A stretch of 32,967 bases of DNA from Nitrospinota bacterium. GTDB taxonomy: Bacteria; UBA8248. Positions 26,305-32,967 of this stretch are shown here, piece by piece. Each line of letters begins with the position of its first letter. Positions within the stretch are counted from its first letter, which is position 1. A program made the translations under genes and the position numbers. Under the pieces are notes generated by a model that ran no database searches, was not told the DNA's origin, and saw nothing but the letters and a program-made list of their open reading frames with translations. The stretch is from positions 1 through 32,967 of the forward strand of contig JAYGFR010000393.1 in the NCBI GenBank assembly GCA_046581755.1, given 5' to 3'.

Positions 26305-27413
26305 CTAGCGCTTGTGGCGATAGATCTCGCTTTTCGGATAATAATCCTTCCACCCGAACCAAAAGGATTGCGTGCTCGGAATCATCCGGAATTTTTTGCC
26401 CTTGAGCGGGCCTTCCGCGGCTGCGCCGGTCAGGAGGACCCACTGGGTTCCCGTCTCGCGGTCGCGCATGACAGGGCAACCGGCCGGGCCGATTTTCGAT
26501 CCCTTGCCCGGGTCGTTTTTGCTTCCGGGCTCGAAGGTCAACACCCGGCCATCGAGCTTGCGGTCGAAGACCACCCCCGATTTGGCCGACTCGCAATAAG
26601 AAACCAGCAGATCCCGGCCGGCGAAAACATCGGTCACAACCCCGGCCCGGTTCAGCTCCGCAAAGGGGTAGACCTTCGCCTTCTTCTTTCCGCCGCCCGA
26701 GGCGAGGGCGACCGCCACGATAAAGGTTTTGGGATGAAGGCGGGTGTCCCGGTATTTCTGGGGGATGATTCCCGCCCGGGAGCTATAGTAGTAGCCCTCG
26801 TAGGGGTCCCGGCTGGACCGAAAGAGGCGGCCGAAGAGGCCCGGTGGGGTTTTTCAGGATGAGGGTGCCGGGGAACAGGCGCTTCCATTGGGCATAGGTC
26901 ATCATGGCCGAGGGCAGCGACTTCAGGCGCTTCCCCTTCAGGGGGCCGATCAGCCCCTCGCCGAGCAGATGGCTCCAGAGCGTATCGGTCTGGCGATCGT
27001 ACATGACCAGAACGTTTTTCCAGAGTTTTCCCGACACCCCGATGGAGAGTTCCCTTCCCTCCAATATCCGGTCATACACGATGGCCGTATAGCAGAAGGG
27101 TCACCAGGTGACGGCAATTCCCCCCCCCCACATCGTTGACAATTTCGTGGGAACCCAGCAAGGGAACGGAATACGCCCGCCGCTCTCCGTTAATGTTCAC
27201 ACCGATGACCATCTCATCGGACGACATGAACCTATCGGCTTCCCGGACCGTGGCGAATTTCGGATCATCGATGGAGGGGATTCCGTCTTTCGGAAGAAGG
27301 GTTCGAATCTCATCGGCGGGGTTGGCCGATGCCGGCCCCACCACCGCAACGGCAAACGGGGCAAGTGCGGCAAAAAACAGCGCCACCCAAAATACGCCTG
27401 AAATCCGGGTCAT
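26305..27413 (-). CDS. DUF3179 domain exported protein, probable selenoprotein (UxxC); two frameshifts in this sequence
   Basis: Reassembled from three frames: signal peptide + LPKDGIPSIDDPKF...HEIVND | IAVTW-TGA-PFCYT...GVSGKLW..VLVMYDRQTDTLWS..GPLKG | DPYEGYY...KVYPF...RDRETGTQW...FWFGWKDYYP. TGA at 27103-27101; shifts at G10 (27120-27129) and A5C4 (about 26846-26854). Confidence 0.8.
27057..27100 (-). promoter_or_regulatory. Candidate bacterial SECIS hairpin
   Basis: Immediately 3' of the UGA: CCCUUCUGCUAUACGGCCAU-[CGUGU]-AUGACCGGAUAUUGGAGGG folds by eye into a long imperfect stem; the apical loop lies 20 nt after the UGA and has G at position 2. Confidence 0.55.
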
Positions 27414-27496
27414 CGGGGAAACTCCTCGCGGCACGGGCGGCGGATGCCGATTTCGGCCCGGGAGGGGAGAAATTCCTCTCCGGTATGGAAAACCCT

Positions 27497-28945
27497 TTAA
27501 CGGGGGCGAATATTCCTCAGCACTCTGAAAAAGGTCCTTTCCCCCCGGATCGAGCCGCGCGAGAGGCGCGCGAGAATGTTCGAGCCGGGCGGGATCTTTT
27601 GCAAAATGTTCTCGAAATCCTCCAGCCCCCCGAGAATCACCCGGACCGGCGCCGTCCGGTCCCCGGACGCGCGGTAGGTGAACTCGCGGATCACCATTCC
27701 CGCCCGAAGGCCGTCCCGAAAAGCGCGGCTGCCCGGTTTCACCTTGCGGATAAAAACCCCCCCGGGGGAGGTCAGCCTGTTCTTGGTCATGAGGCCGGGC
27801 GTCATGCTCTCGATTCTCATCCCGTAGGTTCCCTTTTCCGTGCGCTCCCTCTGAACGGGGGCCATGGGCCGCCTGCCAGAATTGGGCGCATCCTGGAGCT
27901 TGGCCAGCTTGACCGTCAGGAACCTGCGCTGGCCGTAGCGGACCACCTCCAGGCTGACCGCCTTTCCGGGCGGGGTCCATCCGACGAGCCGCTGCAAATG
28001 GGACGTGTCGGAGACTTTCTTGCCGTCGATCCCGACGATGACGTCTCCGGCCTCGACCCCTGCGTTCTTGGCGGGGCCATCCTTGAGCAGGGAGCCCACC
28101 AAGGCGCCCGAGGAGCCTCGAAGCCCCAAGAGGTGGGCTATGTCGTTATTCACGGGCTGAATCGTCACGCCCAGATACCCTCTCGGGAAACTTCCCTGGC
28201 GCCTGAGATAATGGACCACTTCGCGGGCCATGTTGACGGGAATGGCGAATCCGATGCCGCTGCCCGGAGCCGGGATGGCCGTATTAATCCCGATCACCTC
28301 CCCGTCGATGTTGACCAGGGGCCCGCCGCTGTTCCCCCGGTTGATGGCCGCGTCGGTCTGGATGAAATACTCGTAGCGGGCGATGCCCACGCCCGTCCGG
28401 CCCATGCCGCTCACCACGCCGACCGTGAATGTCCGCGTGATCCCGAACGGGTCCCCCACGGCGATGGACCATTGCCCCACCTTGACCATATCGCTGTCCC
28501 CCAGCCGGGCCACGGGAAGCGGCTTGCGGGAGGAAATCTTGATCACGGCCAGATCCGTGTAGGGGTCCGTTCCGATCACCTTGGCCCAATACTCCGAATC
28601 ATCCGAGAGGCGGACCCGCAGGCGGTGCGCATTCGCGACGACATGGTTATTCGTGAGGATGTATCCCCCCGCATCGATAATGAAGCCCGAGCCCGAGGAA
28701 AACCGGGGGATACCGGGATGGGGAGTAGGCTGTCTCTTATTTTTATCCTTCCTCTTGCTCCCCACGACCGGCCTCGGGGCCGCCTCGGCCCGGATGCTGA
28801 CCACGGTGGGCATGACCTTTTCGGCTATCTGGATGAAGCCCTGCTCCACTTCGCGAAGAACGGATATCCCCGTGCCGGCGCCATAGGCGCTTGCCACGAA
28901 AAATCCCACCAATACAGCCGAGATCGGCAGTGCCCGACGAATCAT
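27497..28945 (-). CDS. HtrA/DegP/DegQ family periplasmic serine protease with two PDZ domains
   Basis: GSGFII, LTNNHV, TDLAVIK, IQTDAAINRGNSGGPL, RGYLGVTIQ; signal peptide. Confidence 0.95.
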   Translation of the reverse strand: MIRRALPISAVLVGFFVASAYGAGTGISVLREVEQGFIQIAEKVMPTVVSIRAEAAPRPVVGSKRKDKNKRQPTPHPGIPRFSSGSGFIIDAGGYILTNNHVVANAHRLRVRLSDDSEYWAKVIGTDPYTDLAVIKISSRKPLPVARLGDSDMVKVGQWSIAVGDPFGITRTFTVGVVSGMGRTGVGIARYEYFIQTDAAINRGNSGGPLVNIDGEVIGINTAIPAPGSGIGFAIPVNMAREVVHYLRRQGSFPRGYLGVTIQPVNNDIAHLLGLRGSSGALVGSLLKDGPAKNAGVEAGDVIVGIDGKKVSDTSHLQRLVGWTPPGKAVSLEVVRYGQRRFLTVKLAKLQDAPNSGRRPMAPVQRERTEKGTYGMRIESMTPGLMTKNRLTSPGGVFIRKVKPGSRAFRDGLRAGMVIREFTYRASGDRTAPVRVILGGLEDFENILQKIPPGSNILARLSRGSIRGERTFFRVLRNIRPR

Positions 28946-29059
28946 GGGACCCTCTCTTTAATCATGTCTTCCGACAGGAAAGTGTATACGGGAAAACAAC
29001 CCCACCCCGAGTATACGCCCCCTTCCGCTCATTGAAAGAGAGGCAACCCACTTCGGCAC

Positions 29060-29089
29060 AAAAAAAGCCCCGCTTTCGCGGGACTTTTT
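29060..29089 (-). terminator. Intrinsic terminator after the anti-sigma gene
   Basis: Minus strand GTCCCGC-GAAA-GCGGGGC followed by T7; A-run on the other side. Confidence 0.85.
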
Positions 29090-29111
29090 GGTCGATCGAG
29101 GCATCGGCGCC

Positions 29112-29883
29112 CTAAAATTGGAAGGTCTTTTGGGTGAGGAGGTCCTTCATATGCGCCCGGCCATTTCCGTCTTCGAGGACCAGGGCATAGAACCAAATCC
29201 CCTTTCTCCAGAAGGCGAGCCGAAAGCCTTCTTTTTGGGCCTCGAAGATCTTGTGGCCGTTGACCCGGAAACTGGCGACCATCGGCAAGGAATAGCGAAT
29301 TCCGCTGGCCTCTCCGATAAAGAGGGCCAGGTTCTTGCCTTTGTGGCGGTACCGGACCATGGCCCCTTTATTCCCGGCGAACGGGCAAAGCCGCGCGCCC
29401 AGTAACGACCCTTTCAATTCGAGCGTATCGACATTTTGCTGAATTTTTCCGCCAGCCAGGTGGAAACTGCCCGGATGCTTTCCGACTTCACGTCGAGCGG
29501 ATTTCCGGTCTCCACCCGGTATATCATCATCGTGTCGGCCACCAGCGGTTCCGGCACCGCTACCGCCCTCTGATAGCCGCCCAGCCAAAAACCATGAACG
29601 TGATGACCGCGGCGGCGGCCACCTAGGGGCGGAACCACACAGACGGGCGAAGCCCCTCCCGGCGGAGCGCCCGCTTCACGCGCTGTTTCAGTAAGTCCGG
29701 AGCGACCGGCCCCTCCCCCTCCAGGCGGCCGGGCAACATCCCCTTGAGCGCCACGACACGCTCGTATTCCGCCCGGCAGGCCTCGTCTTTTTCGATCCAG
29801 CCCTGCAGCTCCAGGGTATCCTTTACATCCAGTTCGTTATCGACATAGGCGTCGATAAATCGAATCGCATCTTCCCGAATCAT
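29112..29883 (-). pseudogene. Membrane anti-sigma factor (RsiW/zf-HC2-like), disrupted
   Basis: MIREDAIRFIDAYVDNELD N-terminus; TAG at 29625-29623 before the TM segment VAAAAVITFMVF; shifts at about 29589 and 29452; C-terminal LLGARLC...MVRY...LALF...AFWRKGIWFYALV. Confidence 0.75.
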
Positions 29884-30059
29884 CTTTTCCTCAAATCGCG
29901 CTGCCCGGACCCCGCAACAGAGTCCGGTATTCCGGCGCGGCCACAAGCATCGGCGAAAAACGGTTCACCCCCGAACATTTCACCTCAAAACGCCTTCTCT
30001 ATCCTCCATCCGCTTGAACAACCGCATTCCGGAATAAATTCACTTTTCCGGCGGAGGCC

Positions 30060-30584
30060 CTAACTTTCCCTGGCTCTATCGTACTTTGTCAACAAAATTT
30101 GGAGCATCCTCCTGGCCCGGTACAGGCGGGACATGACGGTCCCCAGCGGACATTCTTCAATTTCGGATATTCCCTTATGCGAAAAACATTCAATATCGGA
30201 CAATACGACGATGCGCTTGAATTTTTCCGGAATTTCCGAAAGCGCCCTGTTGATCATCTCGGCGGTCTGGCGGTTAAATAATTCCACCTCCGGCCCATCG
30301 ATGGAAGAATGTCCCACGGGAAACGAATCGCCATCGGAGCGTTGATACTCCGAATCACCGAGATTCACCTGGATCGGACTCCGAGCGGCCTTTCTGAACC
30401 GGTTTGATATAGGTGTTTTTGAGGATTTTAAAGAGCCAGGCCCGGATATTCGTACCGGGCTGGAACTGTTGATAGAAGCGGATGCCCGCACATAAACGTC
30501 CTGAACCAGATCCTCGGCGTCCTCAGGACTGCCCGACATCCGTTGCGCCCCTCGGTAGAGGGCGTCGATATGCTCCAGGGCCAT
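30060..30584 (-). pseudogene. ECF sigma-70 factor with compensating frameshifts in region 2
   Basis: HIDALYR..DAEDLVQD and region 4 CPLGTVMSRLYRAR are in frame; the conserved segment RFYQQFQPGTNIRAWLFKILKNTYI sits in a shifted frame between about 30482 and 30404. The true start may lie slightly upstream. Confidence 0.8.
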
Positions 30585-30628
30585 ACTTTTAAACTCACAT
30601 CTATCTAGTTGTATATCAAATATATTTA

Positions 30629-31087
30629 CTACATTACCTCAAGTATCACTTCAATTTCAACGGGGGAGCCAAGCGGCAGCTCCGCAGCCCCGATCGCCAC
30701 CCGCGCATGCTTCCCAGCATCGCCGAATATCTCGACGGCCAGCTCGGAGGCCCCGTTCAAGACAAGGGCCTGGTCCGTAAATCCCTCCGAGGAGGCGACA
30801 TATCCGGTCATCCGGACGATTCGGGCCACCCTGTCCAGGCTCCCCAAGGCCGCCTTGGCCTGGGCAAGCGCATTCAGGAGGCACACCTGGGCGCACTCCT
30901 GGGCCGCATCGACCCCCACATCTTCCTTAACCTTCCCCTGGTGGAGCAAATTCCCGTCCCGGAAGGGAACTTGTCCGGATATGAATAAAAAACCCTGGGA
31001 TAATACATAGGGCACATATGCCCCCACTGGCGCCGGGGCGAGCGGAAGCTCGATTCCAAGCGCTTGAATCTTTTCCTCCACTCCCAT
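30629..31087 (-). CDS. RidA/YjgF family protein
   Basis: PVGAYVP, FISGQVP, NGASEL..IFG..GKHARVAIG..ELPLGSPVEIE. Confidence 0.92.
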   Translation of the reverse strand: MGVEEKIQALGIELPLAPAPVGAYVPYVLSQGFLFISGQVPFRDGNLLHQGKVKEDVGVDAAQECAQVCLLNALAQAKAALGSLDRVARIVRMTGYVASSEGFTDQALVLNGASELAVEIFGDAGKHARVAIGAAELPLGSPVEIEVILEVM

Positions 31088-31120
31088 TCCGATCTCCTCT
31101 CAAATCACCAATCGGTCAAA

Positions 31121-31723
31121 TCACGAACCGGCCGAAATTTCTTGGTATTCTCCGGGCGTGTTGAGGTTTCGAAACGACAGGCCCGAAGGGTCCCAGGCCC
31201 GCCATTCCGGCTCCTCCACCCGGCGCACGCGGACCTCATCGTGGAAGCCGATCATCTTCAGCTTCCCGCCCTCAATCCGCCGCCGGATAGGCCCCTCGCA
31301 AGCGGAGCCGTAAACGGCGCACAAGGGCTCCGGAAACCCCCGGTGGATTGGAATCACAACGTCCCAATCCGCCGCCAGGGAGGCCAGGCCGCTCAAAAGG
31401 GATCTTTGAAGAAAGGGCATATCGCATCCGGTGACGAAAACGCGGGCGGCCCCGGCGGCCGAGACCGCCGCATGCAGCCCCCCCAGCGAATCGTTTCCCT
31501 CAAAAATATCCGCCGAGACGCGGAATCCGATTTTTTCAAATGGCGCCGCATTGTTGGCCACCACGAAAACATCGGAAAATACCGCCCGCAGGGAATCGGC
31601 TATGCATGAGATGGCCGGACGGCCATCGATGAGAAGGAAGGATTTGTCTCGCCCCATGCGCCGGCTCCTTCCGCCGGCGAGAATGGCCGCGGGAAAATCG
31701 AAATTTCCTGCGTTATCGCTCAA
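31121..31723 (-). CDS. mobA: Molybdenum cofactor guanylyltransferase
   Basis: ILAGGRSRRMGRDK, SLGGLHAA, GCDMPF, EPLCAVY, FRNLNTP. Confidence 0.93.
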   Translation of the reverse strand: MSDNAGNFDFPAAILAGGRSRRMGRDKSFLLIDGRPAISCIADSLRAVFSDVFVVANNAAPFEKIGFRVSADIFEGNDSLGGLHAAVSAAGAARVFVTGCDMPFLQRSLLSGLASLAADWDVVIPIHRGFPEPLCAVYGSACEGPIRRRIEGGKLKMIGFHDEVRVRRVEEPEWRAWDPSGLSFRNLNTPGEYQEISAGS

Positions 31724-31783
31724 ACCGGCCCCTCCGGAGGGGGGCGATTTCTCTCGAATTCGCCAGCCTCGAATTCGCCGCCG

Positions 31784-32967
31784 TCATTTCGCCTCCGGCG
31801 AGACCAGGGAGCCCGGCCCCGCGGCGGGAAGCGGCTGCGCGCCGAGCGCGGATTCGCCCTCGAGAAGGAGGACCTGAACCTGGCTTCCCGCCTCGAGATC
31901 CGGCTCGAATTCCGGGAAAACGATCAGGGAATTCGCCCGGACCATCGAGTGGATGATATTGGAACCCTGGGCCTCGACCGCATTGACGGTCCACTCCCCG
32001 TCCTTGAACGAGGCCACCGCCCGGACGTAATGCCGGCGCTCGGGCGACTTATGGAGAGGATGGAGCAATTTGGCCGCGATCCGGGGACGATGGAGGCCGG
32101 CCACGCCCTGCATCTTCATCAGCGCGGGACGGACGAAAAGCTCGAAGCTCACCATCGTGGAAACCGGATTCCCCGGAAGGCCGAACACCGGCCGGCCTTG
32201 CAGGGTGCCGAACGCCATCGGCTTGCCCGGCTTCATTCGCACCCGCCAGAAGTGCATCTCGTTCCCCAGGTCGCCGAGGGTGCTCTTGACCAGATCGAAA
32301 TCCCCCACCGACACCCCGCCGCTGGTCAGCACCATGTCGGCGGCGAGCCCGTCCCTCAGGCGCTCCTCGAGATCCCCGGCGTCGTCGCGCGCGATGCCGA
32401 GCACGAGAGGCTCCCCGCTCGCCTCGCGAACCTGGGCCGCAAGGGCATAGGAGTTCGAGTTGAATATCTGACCCGGGCCGAGCTCCTGGCCGAGTTCGAC
32501 CAACTCATCGCCGGTGGAGAGGATGGCGACCCGGGCGCGCTGAACCACATACACTTGGGGCCTTCCGACTCCGGCCAGCATGGCAATCGAGGCCGGGCCC
32601 AGCCTGCTCCCGGCTGAAAAAATCTTCTCTCCCGCCCCGACATCCTCCCCCGGGCGGCGGACGGCCTCTCCCTCCGGAACGGATTTCAGGATCCGCACCT
32701 CGTCATCGTTGTCCCGCTCGGTCAGTTCAACCATGACCACCGCGTCGGCCCCTTTGGGGATGGGAGCGCCCGTCATGATGCGGATGGCCTCGCCCGGACC
32801 GATGGTTTTGGCGGATTCGAATCCGGCCTGGATCTCCTCGATGATGCGGAGGGTGGCCGGGTTTTCCTCGCTCGAATGGGCGATATCCCGGGCGCGGACG
32901 GCGTATCCGTCCATCGCCGAGTTGGCCCAGGGCGGGATCTGCCTCGGTGAAACGACATCCTCGGCCA
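31784..32967 (-). CDS. moeA: Molybdopterin molybdotransferase (5' end outside the window)
   Basis: Frame open to the right edge: AEDVVSPRQIPPWANSAMDGYAVR, IMTGAPIP, STGDEL, SGGVSVGDFD, MKPGKP, GLPGNPVS. Confidence 0.96.
   Translation of the reverse strand, partial: AEDVVSPRQIPPWANSAMDGYAVRARDIAHSSEENPATLRIIEEIQAGFESAKTIGPGEAIRIMTGAPIPKGADAVVMVELTERDNDDEVRILKSVPEGEAVRRPGEDVGAGEKIFSAGSRLGPASIAMLAGVGRPQVYVVQRARVAILSTGDELVELGQELGPGQIFNSNSYALAAQVREASGEPLVLGIARDDAGDLEERLRDGLAADMVLTSGGVSVGDFDLVKSTLGDLGNEMHFWRVRMKPGKPMAFGTLQGRPVFGLPGNPVSTMVSFELFVRPALMKMQGVAGLHRPRIAAKLLHPLHKSPERRHYVRAVASFKDGEWTVNAVEAQGSNIIHSMVRANSLIVFPEFEPDLEAGSQVQVLLLEGESALGAQPLPAAGPGSLVSPEAK

Noticed and set aside
27072..27980. 302-aa ORF as a standalone gene
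   Set aside because: Its first ~190 codons overlap htrA out of frame or are intergenic; only the part from 27413 is the DUF3179 N-terminus.
29623..29625. Anti-sigma TAG as pyrrolysine or programmed readthrough
   Set aside because: Not a known Pyl context, and two further frameshifts follow in the same gene.
30015..30045. ECF-type promoter TGAAT-N18-GTT upstream of the anti-sigma gene
   Set aside because: Short degenerate match that cannot be distinguished from chance without the sigma group's motif.

Overview
A GC-rich bacterial chromosomal segment from a diderm organism, judged from lgt, a lipoprotein and periplasmic binding proteins; the lineage cannot be fixed from the sequence alone. 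Left to right it holds: a truncated, apparently chimeric ORF at the left edge; an AcoX/NAD-kinase-like gene divergent from a glycerate 2-kinase / DUF3047 / pyruvate kinase / ROK kinase cluster; a DtxR-family regulator with a DtxR-type operator heading an Fe3+ ABC transporter (FbpABC/FutABC); M23 peptidase-secA-lipoprotein; a five-gene catabolic operon of unknown substrate (ACAD-like, mandelate racemase family, FAH, CMD, SDR); a PhnDCEE-like ABC transporter whose binding protein resembles the putative selenate clade; a broken cyclase-family gene; lgt; a DUF3179 gene; htrA/degP; a broken ECF sigma/anti-sigma pair; RidA; mobA; and a partial moeA. The ORF track misses four things. (1) The DUF3179 gene is one exported protein with an in-frame UGA in a UxxC motif followed by a SECIS-like hairpin, so it is a probable selenoprotein lying about 2 kb from the putative selenate transporter. 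(2) The DtxR protein appears to have lost its ancillary metal site and gained a Cys4 tail. (3) The transporter leader can form two mutually exclusive helices, one masking the start codon. (4) Four genes between 24.5 and 30.6 kb carry frameshifts or stops, from either real decay or sequence error. No rRNA, tRNA, CRISPR array or mobile element was seen. All family assignments come from motif recognition by eye, not database searches.
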